Below, piece after piece: positions 1 through 9,603 of a stretch of 64,000 bases of DNA. The DNA lies in the IMG/VR virus record IMGVR_UViG_3300045988_171964; one strand, given 5' to 3'. The notes beneath the pieces are model-generated. The model was given only the letters and a program-made list of their open reading frames with translations, was not told the DNA's origin and made no database searches. The stretch comes from a virus. The position numbers and the translations under genes are program-made. Within the stretch, counting starts at the first letter, position 1, and each line of letters begins with the position of its first letter.

Positions 1-2
1 CA

Positions 3-281
3 TCGGAAGTAATCAAGAAAACATACAAGATTACGGACGAGATACGCATCGGTGCTCAATCTCCTATCAAGAAAGATAGATATGATCCCAACGAGTTTGT
101 CGGTTTTATTGTTGCGGTTAAAACCCTGGCACGCGGTCTTGATTGCCGTTTTATGGTAAAGGACAGCATGTATAAGCAGGCAGAAACTTTTGAAGGTGCT
201 TATCGAGATTTGTGTGTCAGAAATCTTGATGAAATAAAAAAGATTTATGAATCAAAACAAAAAGAAAATGATGAAAAGTAA
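3..281 (+). CDS. hypothetical protein, 5'-truncated by window edge
   Basis: Frame 3 is open from the window start to TAA at 279-281. No recognisable motif. Confidence 0.35.
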   Translation, partial: SEVIKKTYKITDEIRIGAQSPIKKDRYDPNEFVGFIVAVKTLARGLDCRFMVKDSMYKQAETFEGAYRDLCVRNLDEIKKIYESKQKENDEK

Positions 282-933
282 ATTGAAGTATTACGCCCAG
301 GTTGTCGGTGTTAACCTGTTGGCGATTTTGGTACCCATCCTTGCTGTTGTCCTTATTTACGCTCTCGGCAAGCTGAAGAATATCTATACCCATCCTTGCA
401 TCCTATCGCAGGAGATATACGATTGCTGTCTGGAGGCAGTCATCGTTGTAATGGCTGGCTTCTTTGTTGGTTTCTGGCTTCTTTCTTGGGCTGATAATTG
501 GAGAAAGTCATGGCTCACTGGCCTAAGAATTAAAAATGAGTTCGATGAATTAGGAATACGTGTTGTCGTAAAGAAAATTTATCCTAACGAGGAGAGGACG
601 GAGCAGAAGAATATACCTACGTCTGATGATTCCGAGTTTGAGGATATTTCCGGATTGACAGTTAAGGAGATTTATCATCTTTATCAAGGTCGGGAAGTTC
701 TGATTACGACAGGCATTCAGGCGAAAAAAGGAGGAAGATATTGCGGCCGTCTTGCTGGTTATGACAATGAAGGTTCTATCCTTTATATAGGCTTTCCTTC
801 GTGCTACGTAGGTCCTTACTCTTTGGATGATATAAATGCTATGCGTGATACAAATCCCGAAGTCAGCTATGTAGAGCCAGGATATAAAAACTACGGTTGC
901 TATATTCCTAGACTTATCCGCATTTATAAATAA
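247..933 (+). CDS. hypothetical membrane protein
   Basis: 228-aa ORF with two N-terminal hydrophobic helices (AQVVGVNLLAILVPILAVVLIYAL; VIVVMAGFFVGFWLLSW). The start may instead be the ATG at 268/271. Confidence 0.5.
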   Translation: MNQNKKKMMKSKLKYYAQVVGVNLLAILVPILAVVLIYALGKLKNIYTHPCILSQEIYDCCLEAVIVVMAGFFVGFWLLSWADNWRKSWLTGLRIKNEFDELGIRVVVKKIYPNEERTEQKNIPTSDDSEFEDISGLTVKEIYHLYQGREVLITTGIQAKKGGRYCGRLAGYDNEGSILYIGFPSCYVGPYSLDDINAMRDTNPEVSYVEPGYKNYGCYIPRLIRIYK

Positions 934-942
934 AAAATAGTT

Positions 943-1524
943 ATGAAGAAGAATTATTTGTTTGATGTTGATGGCTTGCTGCAGGTGCTGCAAGCCATCA
1001 AGGATGGGAATCCCGTGGAGTATCGCCCATTGGAGGAACCTAATTGGCGAGATTTCAACCCAGAGGAATATGATATTGATACGGAAAACTGTAAGTATCG
1101 TGTCAAGCCTTGTGAATATAGTGAATACGTGGAAGATGTTAATGTACCTCCTGCGCTTATGCAGGAAGGTGTGATTTATTTCCTGAAAAGCAAAGACCAT
1201 CGGAGTACTAAACAGAGTTTTGCTTGCGTAAAGGCTAACCTTTGGCATATAGATAAAAAGATATTGCTTCATTTCTTTTGGAGTGAAGACGGTGATTCAA
1301 AAAAGCTTTATGTTAGCGATCCGGATAGAAGAATTAGCCGTAGCGAGAAAACAGATAATTTTGCTAATGAAATTATTCCTGATATAAATCTTTGCGATCC
1401 TGATAAAGCCGAAATTTATGTAGCTTCCATATCACAAGTCAAGATGTTGAAGTCAAGACTTCGAGATGTGGGTTATGAATTAAAGGACGGACAAATGAAA
1501 AAGATAGATGGGAACAAAGAGTAA
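943..1524 (+). CDS. hypothetical protein
   Basis: 193-aa ORF packed tightly against its neighbours. No motif recognised. Confidence 0.5.
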   Translation: MKKNYLFDVDGLLQVLQAIKDGNPVEYRPLEEPNWRDFNPEEYDIDTENCKYRVKPCEYSEYVEDVNVPPALMQEGVIYFLKSKDHRSTKQSFACVKANLWHIDKKILLHFFWSEDGDSKKLYVSDPDRRISRSEKTDNFANEIIPDINLCDPDKAEIYVASISQVKMLKSRLRDVGYELKDGQMKKIDGNKE

Positions 1525-2104
1525 ACAAGCACCGCTCCTTACTAAGGAGCAGGTATCAGAGCAGCTTCTTCAGCAGCATTTGCGCGGCTGGAAATCGAAC
1601 CATAAGTTTATCGTAGAAAACCTTTATGTGTTCGACTGGGAGAGTGATATGCTCATCAAGACCCGAAGCGGATATTGGTATGAGGTGGAATGCAAAATAT
1701 CCCTTGCTGATTTCAAGAACGATTTCACCCATAAGCGGCAGAAGCATGAATTGCTGAAGAATGGAGATGAGAAACGTCGCCGCCCGAATTTCTTTTATTA
1801 TTGCGTACCATGGTACCTTAGTGCGAAAGTATATCCTCTCCTTCCTGATTATGCCGGGCTGATTGTACTTAAAGTGGATGGTAAACTGAATGAGATAAAA
1901 CAGGCTCACTGCCTGCATCTGCATAAGTATACCGATGAGGAACTGAAGCTATGCGATAAGTTTTATTATGCCTACCGCAACTGGAAAAAGTGTGTAGAGC
2001 GTAATCAGCCTACCGCAGAAATCAAGCGCCTGAAGGATGAGATTGCTTTCCTCAAGGCAGAATATAAGGCAGTAGCCGGGTGCGATATTAAAGACGCATT
2101 TTAA
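1508..2104 (+). CDS. putative PD-(D/E)XK-fold nuclease (MmcB-like)
   Basis: The pattern FDWESD...YWYEVECK fits a D...E-x-K nuclease core. Overlaps the upstream ORF by 17 nt. Confidence 0.4.
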   Translation: MGTKSKQAPLLTKEQVSEQLLQQHLRGWKSNHKFIVENLYVFDWESDMLIKTRSGYWYEVECKISLADFKNDFTHKRQKHELLKNGDEKRRRPNFFYYCVPWYLSAKVYPLLPDYAGLIVLKVDGKLNEIKQAHCLHLHKYTDEELKLCDKFYYAYRNWKKCVERNQPTAEIKRLKDEIAFLKAEYKAVAGCDIKDAF

Positions 2105-2125
2105 TGATTAAAAGATTTATAGATT

Positions 2126-2779
2126 ATGGAAAAGATTGAATTTACAAAGGAACAGATAGAGAAGATAGCTGAAGGCATCAGCGTCATCTGCTTCCGTTCT
2201 AACTCGAAGGCAAAAAAGTTTTTGCTTATGGAATATCCGAAGGTTAAAGACGTGCTCAGTAACTCCTGTATCTGGGATGAGCCTGCATATAATGAGGAAC
2301 ACCCCCAGGAAGTAAAAAGTGTGCTGCCTAGTTTTGAGGCAGTGCATACTTTCGGATCGTCGGCTTTATTCAAACCCACTCTTGCTGAGATTATCCAGGC
2401 TTGCCCTATCAACCTTCTTGGAAACTTTAACGCTGTCACCATTCATTATAATGGTTTTATAGAGGACGCTTCCAAGCATAAGAGTATCGTGACTCCTTAT
2501 GTGATTTGTGAGAAGAAGAAGCCATTCGTTCCTTTTTTCAGCGATAAAGAGGAGAAGAAGTTGCATCCTTCACAATTAAAGATAGGCGACCTTGTAGGCA
2601 CTATCATTGACGAGTTCTGCCAGGTAAGCATTGATACTATCCAGCCTGATACCCGCAACCTTCAGACCTTATTTGAGGGTCCACTGAATGAAGTTCCCGA
2701 GAAGTACCTGGATAAACATTTCCGTCCGATAGAGATTATCAAGGACTACGAAGATGAGATACATTTAATCATTAACTAA
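2126..2779 (+). CDS. hypothetical protein
   Basis: 217-aa ORF. The start is preceded by AAGATTTATAGATT. Confidence 0.5.
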   Translation: MEKIEFTKEQIEKIAEGISVICFRSNSKAKKFLLMEYPKVKDVLSNSCIWDEPAYNEEHPQEVKSVLPSFEAVHTFGSSALFKPTLAEIIQACPINLLGNFNAVTIHYNGFIEDASKHKSIVTPYVICEKKKPFVPFFSDKEEKKLHPSQLKIGDLVGTIIDEFCQVSIDTIQPDTRNLQTLFEGPLNEVPEKYLDKHFRPIEIIKDYEDEIHLIIN

Positions 2780-2787
2780 GCTTTATC

Positions 2788-3384
2788 ATGTTTGAGATAT
2801 ACGTTAAAATGAAGAAAAGGAAGTGCTGGAAACTCGCTATAGAGGTTCCCAATGCTTGGGGTGGAATGCCTCACCTCTGGATGTATCTGGAAAAGAAATA
2901 CCTTCCATCTTACGTACCGGTAGGAGCTGATGGAAAACCGCTGGATTTGGAATGGGTGAAGGAAGCACAGGCAAAAGGTGAATATGCAAGCCGCTGGATC
3001 TATGCTTCATCCAGAAAGGAGATCGAGGATCTACAGAAAGATTTCCGCTTAACTTATGAGGAAATGATGGTGTTCAGATCTACCTTTGATTTCGCAAAGG
3101 TTCTAGGCGAAGATATACCAGTTTATCTTGATTGTTTAAAGGTTGTCGCTGATGAGTGTGGAGGTATCTATCCACAACAATACAAGGAACTGAGTGACTT
3201 TATTAAGGTCCACAGCATAGATGATATTGAGGCGATCGCTTTCAACCAGACTAGCGTAAACTGCGCCTATGATTTCTTTGGCAACAGATACAATGAGCCA
3301 GCAGATAACTTCTGGGACTGCATGTGTCCAAAGGATTTTTATGACAACCTCAGAAAAGATTGTGATACTAAAGACGAATTTTAA
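2788..3384 (+). CDS. hypothetical protein
   Basis: 198-aa ORF in a compact same-strand array. Confidence 0.5.
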   Translation: MFEIYVKMKKRKCWKLAIEVPNAWGGMPHLWMYLEKKYLPSYVPVGADGKPLDLEWVKEAQAKGEYASRWIYASSRKEIEDLQKDFRLTYEEMMVFRSTFDFAKVLGEDIPVYLDCLKVVADECGGIYPQQYKELSDFIKVHSIDDIEAIAFNQTSVNCAYDFFGNRYNEPADNFWDCMCPKDFYDNLRKDCDTKDEF

Positions 3385-3395
3385 ATAATAAGATT

Positions 3396-3947
3396 ATGAG
3401 TTTATACACAAAAGAAGAAAAGAAAAAATCCCTTTGGCATCCTATTACCGATGAGGATTTCACTATTGACTTCAGTAAGCCGTTTATTGTTTGTTGCGAT
3501 GATGCTTCTCTCTTCATCGTGGAAGATTTTGCAGATATGTTTAACTATCTGGATGAAGATCGATTCTACGATGTCAAGGCGCAAACCTTGTCTGAAGAAG
3601 GCAAGGAGGAATTTCGAGAAGACTATTGTGGATATATGTATCTCGACGAGGATTTTTACCATGCGATAGATTGGGCGAAGGGCAAGTATATCGAGGACGT
3701 GAAAGGCGATCGAGAGAGACCTGACTTGTTCGTAATGTACGAATCGGGTCCAAAGGTGTTTGACCATTTCGATTTCGGTCAGAGCGGTACTCTGGTATAC
3801 GACGGGACACCGTTACTGCGCAGAGAGTTCGCTGCAAGATACCCCGAATTATACCACGTAGAGTATATCGTTAATCTGAACAGGGTTTCAGAAACCCAGC
3901 TCAGTGCTTTGTTCAGAGCGCCTCTCGATGAGTCTCTTAGCAAGTGA
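3396..3947 (+). CDS. hypothetical protein
   Basis: 183-aa acidic ORF. Confidence 0.5.
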   Translation: MSLYTKEEKKKSLWHPITDEDFTIDFSKPFIVCCDDASLFIVEDFADMFNYLDEDRFYDVKAQTLSEEGKEEFREDYCGYMYLDEDFYHAIDWAKGKYIEDVKGDRERPDLFVMYESGPKVFDHFDFGQSGTLVYDGTPLLRREFAARYPELYHVEYIVNLNRVSETQLSALFRAPLDESLSK

Positions 3948-3976
3948 CTTTAAGGATTTATAAAAAAGAATATATT

Positions 3977-4342
3977 ATGATACAGATTCAAGATTGGGAG
4001 TCATCCAAAAAGATTGTTGTCGTGGATGAAAATCATCACGGCACCGTACAGGTGGAGGTACCGAAGCCTGGACCTTATAAAGACGAGTATTATCAGTATG
4101 CCGATTGCGCTATCTACAACCTTTGGGTAGATGAGAAGTACCGCAAGCAGGGAACGGCTCGCCTCCTGATGGAGACCGCAGAGCGGGAAGCTAAGAAACT
4201 GGGCTGCAAGTCGGCACAGCTGGAATGGGATGATAAAGGCAGTAAGCTTTTCGTTCTCGAATGGTATAAACGCCTTGGCTATCGTGTAATGGCAAGGAAT
4301 GAAAACGATCGTCTGCTGCTGGTGAAGAAACTTCAATGTTGA
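3977..4342 (+). CDS. GNAT-family N-acetyltransferase
   Basis: GNAT motif A: LWVDEKYRKQGTARLLMETAEREAKKLG, followed by EWYKRLGY. The track ORF starts at GTG 3944; ATG 3977 is preferred. The last codons (LQC*) lie in the heptamer hairpin. Confidence 0.75.
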   Translation: MIQIQDWESSKKIVVVDENHHGTVQVEVPKPGPYKDEYYQYADCAIYNLWVDEKYRKQGTARLLMETAEREAKKLGCKSAQLEWDDKGSKLFVLEWYKRLGYRVMARNENDRLLLVKKLQC

Positions 4343-4425
4343 GTGTTGAATGTTGAGTGTTGATTTAGTCTAGCGCCCTTGAGCCCGTCAGGCAATTCAA
4401 CATTCAACACTCAACATTCAACATT
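4334..4425. repeat. Motif-B heptamer hairpin, full copy (B1)
   Basis: Left arm is (TTGA[AG]TG)n and the right arm is its complement (TTCAACA/CTCAACA)n. The 32-nt loop reads TTTAGTCTAGCGCCCTTGAGCCCGTCAGGCAA. Confidence 0.9.
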
Positions 4426-4435
4426 AAAAAGGTTT

Positions 4436-4471
4436 TTGTCCCAGACATAAAAACCTTTTTTCTTACCTTTG
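4436..4471 (+). promoter_or_regulatory. phage promoter, TTGTCCCA-N20-TACCTTTG
   Basis: TTG at 4436 and a TAnnTTTG -7 box at 4464-4471. This 28-nt register is shared by 8 other sites in the window. ORF start is at 4500. Confidence 0.6.
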
Positions 4472-4499
4472 CAAACAGAAAATAAGATTTATAGAGAAT

Positions 4500-4961
4500 A
4501 TGACAGAAAAGGAACAATACGAACTCCTTTTGGAGTTGAAAGACCTTGCAGAATGGATGCAAAATAGCGCACCTGGTTTTGATGTAGAGGAGTATAGATC
4601 GCTCGAAGAGCAGATAAAGAGTCTGAATCAGGAATCGGGTGATTTCTATGAGGTCATTATTGAAATCCATTTTAATAATGGCAGATACATCACTCTCCAC
4701 AATCAAGCCTTTGAGACTTTGGTGCAGGATTCATATATAGGCGATGAGATTGATGCTACGTCGAAGGATACGGTGATAGGAGTTACATACATAGACTCAG
4801 AGACAGACTATACGCAGATGGTGATTCCTATCAGTTCCATCTGCTACATTTCTGCCTACACCCAAGAAATCAAGTGGCAGGAGCGATGGGATGCACTGAG
4901 CAAAGATAAGAAAGATGACTACATTGCAGCCTTCGATGAACAGTACGAAAATCGCCATTAA
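4500..4961 (+). CDS. hypothetical protein
   Basis: 153-aa ORF. AAGATTTATAGAG lies 4 nt upstream of the ATG. Confidence 0.5.
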   Translation: MTEKEQYELLLELKDLAEWMQNSAPGFDVEEYRSLEEQIKSLNQESGDFYEVIIEIHFNNGRYITLHNQAFETLVQDSYIGDEIDATSKDTVIGVTYIDSETDYTQMVIPISSICYISAYTQEIKWQERWDALSKDKKDDYIAAFDEQYENRH

Positions 4962-4966
4962 GGTAA

Positions 4967-5260
4967 ATAGAATTTTTATTCTTCTAATGTTTTGTCAGAT
5001 ATATTTTATAAGTTAAACGATTATTTTTTACTTATCGAAAATCGCTTAGTTTCCTTCGTTGTGAAACGCGGGGTTCTAATTTCTTCATTAATTCTAATGT
5101 GTGTGTAAAGAATAGATTCTTCTAATGTTTTATCACAATATGCTAAACGTATTTAGTTACAATTATTTTATTCAAAATTATGAGTTGTTAAAGTTTATCT
5201 TGGTTCCTTCGTTGTGAAACGCGGGAGCTTTTTATTCTTCGTTAATTAGTTCTCATATTT
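4967..5260. repeat. two ~145-bp direct repeat units in the non-coding region next to the terminase 3' end
   Basis: AATAGA..TTCTTCTAATGTTTT occurs at 4967 and 5111. TTCCTTCGTTGTGAAACGCGGG occurs at 5051 and 5204. Confidence 0.75.
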
Positions 5261-5325
5261 GAACTTAGTTTATGGTTATAGTAAGAGGGGCGGCTGTCGC
5301 GTTGACATCCGCCCCTCATTCCTAA

Positions 5326-5355
5326 TTCAACATTCAACATTCAGCATTCAACATT
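5326..5355. repeat. Motif-B right arm only (B2)
   Basis: TTCAACATTCAACATTCAGCATTCAACATT, preceded by a GC hairpin GAGGGGCGG...CCGCCCCTC at 5284-5317. Confidence 0.8.
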
Positions 5356-5358
5356 TAG

Positions 5359-7362
5359 TTAAACGTTTCTTCCGTCCGGCAGTACGAACCAGCCGATATT
5401 ACCTCGCCAGAATTTGCAGCCCAGATATAGCGAGTCGAAGGCATCGGTGAAGTCTGTTCTCTGCTGCAACGGCAGGTTGTCTTCCGTTTCCGGCTTCTTC
5501 TCCTGGCTCTTATCCTTTCGGAATCCCTGATAACCGATGCTTACCTCACAAAGTTGCAGGGCAATAATCAGGTCGGGGTTGTTAGGCTGATTGATACGAA
5601 TAGCAGGATATTCTATGCCGGCAAGACCATTATTGATGATACGGTGCTTCACCTCATGCTTTTCCGGCACACCCATATCTATTGCCGTAACATTCCAGCC
5701 ATTGCGCTCCAACTCCTTAATCACTGCCTGGTAGAATCGCTCATCGGTCAAGGCATACGATGCACCTTGCTTTGCGGTAGCATCATAGTAGTAAACCACA
5801 TCTCTGTTCACGGCTCTCTTCGGAGCATAGTAATGCGAGAAATCATCTACCAACTCTCTCAGCTTGCGCTCGTTCTTCACGTAGAAACTCTTGATAACAT
5901 TCACTGCCTCTACTCCGTCACGCTGATATACCTGACCTACCACCAGGGTATTGATATTGGCGTTATAGTCAAATGCGAGATAAAGAGGAAGGTCGTTTAT
6001 GCAGTCGCTATCCATACGGCAGTCGTTTCTCTCGGACAGCTCTTTTAAGTCGGGCTGATAACTCTCTGATGTAATCTTCTTGCCGCCGATGATGCCCGTA
6101 GCCTTTTTTGTTTCCCACTTCGCCACTGAGAGCGGATCTATCTCGTTGTCGGGGATATAACCGTGTACCCTATCTATATCCAGGTTAGAGTAAAAACCGT
6201 CATTTGATTTCTTGATTTTGATGTTCAATATTGAAACGGCGAAGGTATAGGCAGGGAGATCTCGCTTTAACTGCCTGATGTAATCCTCACCGAGAATGTC
6301 CACATTCTCGAGAGTAGATGCCCTGCGTACTACGAAAGCTGAACGCCTCAATTCTCTCAGATATTTATCTTGGAATTTCTTAGAACGTAAAAACATCTGC
6401 ATCTCGAAATCCTCTTCTGGTGTAATCAGATATTCGTAATCATAGATGAGTTCGGCATCTTCTGCAGTAACCAGTTTGTAGTTTACCGCCATATCTACCA
6501 TGTTTTTGGTAAGATGATTTCCGTGTTTAGGTAGAATACGAAACATGCCCTCATGCTTCAGCATTTTCAATGCTATTGCACGAATCATCGTTCTTACTTC
6601 CGCAGGAACCACATGGGGTGTGTGTCTTGATTTTTGGGCATTATAGAGCAGGTCATTGTAAAAGATAACTTTATTGGCATATTCTTCCAACTGCTCCTGC
6701 ACCCATCGGTAGGTTTTACCTTTAAAAATTCCGTTCTCTATCACTAGGTCTAACTTCTCATCTTCTCTTTCCAGCCAACTGCCTTTTGCGGTCAGAGCAG
6801 CATCGGAAACGAAAAGCCTACCTCTATAGTAAGGGTTATATTCAGAAAACTCTATATTGCCTAATGGATGAGTCTGTCCTGATAGAGAAGGCATAAACTC
6901 CTCGTCGATTTTCTTTTTGTTTGCAAATCTACCTTCATCCAAAATGGCGTGTGAAAACGTATAAGAGTTTGCTGATGCAGTTTGTGCAAGGGATATGGAA
7001 GCCCATTGTGCGCCGTTGGCGAACCATATAATATTATCATAATTTTTTGGCTTAAAAATGGCAGGGCGGGCATGTTTCGGTGGCCTTCCCCATCCCATGT
7101 GAATACCTATTGTGAAGCCAAACATTCGTTCCATGGCTGCCATGGTACCAGGAATAGTTTTAGAAAATGCTTGCTGTCTTGAAATAGCAAGCCAAGCTCC
7201 CAACATGCCGGGCATAGAGTTTGATACCGCCCATACGCGTGGCGCTACCAATCCGTCTGTTTTACCGGTACGTCGTCCAGCTATGACGATTTCGTCTTTT
7301 GCCCCCATATAAAAGAGTTCCTGCTGGAATCTGTTTAAATATATCTGATGTGGTTGCTGCAT
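5359..7362 (-). CDS. terL: terminase large subunit
   Basis: 667 aa. Walker A-like AGRRTGKTDG, Walker B-like HAILDEGRF, and a C-terminal nuclease-like LAFDYNANINTLVVGQ. Size and phage context fit. Confidence 0.85.
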   Translation of the reverse strand: MQQPHQIYLNRFQQELFYMGAKDEIVIAGRRTGKTDGLVAPRVWAVSNSMPGMLGAWLAISRQQAFSKTIPGTMAAMERMFGFTIGIHMGWGRPPKHARPAIFKPKNYDNIIWFANGAQWASISLAQTASANSYTFSHAILDEGRFANKKKIDEEFMPSLSGQTHPLGNIEFSEYNPYYRGRLFVSDAALTAKGSWLEREDEKLDLVIENGIFKGKTYRWVQEQLEEYANKVIFYNDLLYNAQKSRHTPHVVPAEVRTMIRAIALKMLKHEGMFRILPKHGNHLTKNMVDMAVNYKLVTAEDAELIYDYEYLITPEEDFEMQMFLRSKKFQDKYLRELRRSAFVVRRASTLENVDILGEDYIRQLKRDLPAYTFAVSILNIKIKKSNDGFYSNLDIDRVHGYIPDNEIDPLSVAKWETKKATGIIGGKKITSESYQPDLKELSERNDCRMDSDCINDLPLYLAFDYNANINTLVVGQVYQRDGVEAVNVIKSFYVKNERKLRELVDDFSHYYAPKRAVNRDVVYYYDATAKQGASYALTDERFYQAVIKELERNGWNVTAIDMGVPEKHEVKHRIINNGLAGIEYPAIRINQPNNPDLIIALQLCEVSIGYQGFRKDKSQEKKPETEDNLPLQQRTDFTDAFDSLYLGCKFWRGNIGWFVLPDGRNV

Positions 7363-7468
7363 AAAAATGAAAATGTTATCCTGAATGTATGTTTTTTAGC
7401 CGCATCCTTGCGTCCGTTAGGCGTTCCTGCGGATTTAAAATCCGTAGATAAGTCAGTTTTTTACAATC

Positions 7469-7750
7469 TTAGAGCAATTTTGCTGGCTGGCAATCATCGA
7501 TTAACTTGCGTGTCTCTTTGGCACACTCAGCCACGCATCTCTCGACTGCCTCGGTGATGTCTTGAATTTGATCCTCACGCATATTGCCGTATTTATCGCA
7601 AGTGTCGTTTATTATTTTGTAGAGAACCTGATTTTGTAAAGCCTCCATATAATCTACGTACTCCTTGCAAGTATTGCGCCGAGGTGCTTGCACCCATTTA
7701 AGAAAGCCCTGCTTCCAGTCTTTCCATGTTTTGATTTTTATTACTATCAT
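7469..7750 (-). CDS. hypothetical protein
   Basis: 93-aa ORF co-directional with the terminase. Confidence 0.45.
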   Translation of the reverse strand: MIVIKIKTWKDWKQGFLKWVQAPRRNTCKEYVDYMEALQNQVLYKIINDTCDKYGNMREDQIQDITEAVERCVAECAKETRKLIDDCQPAKLL

Positions 7751-7756
7751 TGTTGC

Positions 7757-8080
7757 TTACATTTTAAATTGTCGTTTCAAAAACTGGTTGCTCTTTATGA
7801 GTTCTATCATTTCTTCTTCTGAGTGTACTCCTCCCCAGAAGAGTTCGGTATGGTCTCCGACTCTATCTTCATCTACAGAGAAAGGTACACCGTAGTTGGT
7901 GTAGGTTTCACCATGGTGTTGAACCAGGTGGCGACCTGGGTTTTTCCGGATGTTTTCTATCCAGACTTCATTATCACACTCGCACCATTTATTATACTCC
8001 TCTCCTGTCAGTGTCATATCAATACCGATAGGGTAGTGTCCGGAGCATCCATTGGTTCCGAAATAAATAATCTTTGCCAT
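7757..8080 (-). CDS. hypothetical protein
   Basis: 107-aa ORF, 6 nt from its neighbour. Confidence 0.45.
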   Translation of the reverse strand: MAKIIYFGTNGCSGHYPIGIDMTLTGEEYNKWCECDNEVWIENIRKNPGRHLVQHHGETYTNYGVPFSVDEDRVGDHTELFWGGVHSEEEMIELIKSNQFLKRQFKM

Positions 8081-8092
8081 AATTTCGCAGAT

Positions 8093-8863
8093 TTAAAATA
8101 GACTAGGCTGCATCATTTCTAATTTGATGCGCTTACAAGCCTTGTCGTAATATTCTTTGTTTAATTCAAATCCGATGAAGTTTCTCTTTTCTCTGATGCA
8201 GGCGATTGCGGTAGTGCCGCTGCCCATGCAATTATCGAGAACGCACCCCCCCACATTGGTATAAGTACATATAAGATACTGGATAAGGGCGACTGGCTTT
8301 TGCGTAGGGTGGAAGGTATCGGCAGAATGTTCTTTATCAAAGCAGATAATGCTCTTTGGGAATTTTTCATCTGATACGATAGTAGGCACTTCTTTATGGT
8401 CGCCATAACAACCTCGCTTCAAACTATGAGAGCCATCTCCCCTTCGATGATTCCTTTGATGTGGCGCACATTTTACCATTTGAGGATTGTAGACAGGTTG
8501 TTTTCGATAAAATACTGCAATATCCTCATGTGAGCGCAGAGGCATCTTGTTGGCATTCAGAAAGCCTGTTACCCGCTGCTTGCTCCAAATAAGATTATAT
8601 TTCCAGAGTTTCGACTGCGACATCATAAGCTGTGCGGTAAACATGCCCTGGCAGAAAAGAATAATGGCTGCATTTGGTTTGGTTATGCGCAGATATTCTT
8701 TCCATAATGGCTCAAGCGGGATAATGCTATCCCAGCCACCGCCTTCACTCTGTTTGTTGAGAACGCCATAAGGCAAATCGCAGATAATGCAATCCACGCT
8801 TGCGTCCGGAATCTTTTTCATTCCTACCAGACAATCCTCATTATATATCTTATTTAATTCCAT
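8093..8863 (-). CDS. DNA methyltransferase, amino-MTase (N6A/N4C) beta-class
   Basis: Motif IV variant CDLPYG lies near the N-terminus and motif I DNCMGSGTT near the C-terminus. Start set at the MELNKIYNEDC ATG (8863); the track ORF runs into the upstream gene. Contains a sense G7 at 8246-8252. Confidence 0.85.
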   Translation of the reverse strand: MELNKIYNEDCLVGMKKIPDASVDCIICDLPYGVLNKQSEGGGWDSIIPLEPLWKEYLRITKPNAAIILFCQGMFTAQLMMSQSKLWKYNLIWSKQRVTGFLNANKMPLRSHEDIAVFYRKQPVYNPQMVKCAPHQRNHRRGDGSHSLKRGCYGDHKEVPTIVSDEKFPKSIICFDKEHSADTFHPTQKPVALIQYLICTYTNVGGCVLDNCMGSGTTAIACIREKRNFIGFELNKEYYDKACKRIKLEMMQPSLF

Positions 8864-8877
8864 TATAATTATATGTT

Positions 8878-9576
8878 TTAGAATAGGCTCGGCTGCATCA
8901 TTTCTAACTGAATGCGCTTGCAAGCCTTGTCGTAATATTCTTTATTCAGTTCAAAGCCGATGAAGTTCCGCTTTTCCTTGATGCAGGCGATAGCGGTAGT
9001 ACCGCTGCCCATAAAAGGATCGAGGACGGTATCACCTTTCAGACTCGAATTGATGATATGTTTTTGAAAGAATGGTGTTGGCTTTATGGTTGGATGATTC
9101 CAAAGATTTTTCTCTGAAGTGTTGAGTGGAGTAATGAAATACGTTCCTTTGGTACTCGTATCACCATAAATACGAACTCCTTTTTCTCGGAAGAACAAAC
9201 AATACTCAGTATCAGTAATATATTTATTGCCGCACGCAGGTATCGGGTTTGTCTTGTGCCAAGTAATCAGATTCCAGTTACAGCCTTTCTCTTTTACAAA
9301 GTAATCAAGATATAGAGGAATCTGTTTTTGGCTACACCAAAGATAGATATTTATCTTTTTCATAACCCTGCAGCATTCATCTAAAATCTTTAAATCGAAT
9401 CCGCTCTTTATCTCATCCAGCTCTTTTACATAGCCTTTATCGTCATGGGCGTAAATACCCCCCCCAGAATTGTCTATAATATAAGGAGGATCACTAACTA
9501 TTAAGTCGATAGCCTTGGAAGGAATCTTTTTCATTCCTGCCAGGCAATCCTCATTATAAATCTTATTTAATTCCAT
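8878..9576 (-). CDS. DNA methyltransferase, amino-MTase (N6A/N4C) beta-class, paralog
   Basis: SDPPY motif IV and DPFMGSGTT motif I. The first ~20 and last ~50 aa nearly match the downstream MTase. Contains a sense G8 at 9458-9465. Confidence 0.85.
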   Translation of the reverse strand: MELNKIYNEDCLAGMKKIPSKAIDLIVSDPPYIIDNSGGGIYAHDDKGYVKELDEIKSGFDLKILDECCRVMKKINIYLWCSQKQIPLYLDYFVKEKGCNWNLITWHKTNPIPACGNKYITDTEYCLFFREKGVRIYGDTSTKGTYFITPLNTSEKNLWNHPTIKPTPFFQKHIINSSLKGDTVLDPFMGSGTTAIACIKEKRNFIGFELNKEYYDKACKRIQLEMMQPSLF

Positions 9577-9603
9577 TCTCTATAAACTATTAACTGTAAA
9601 CTA

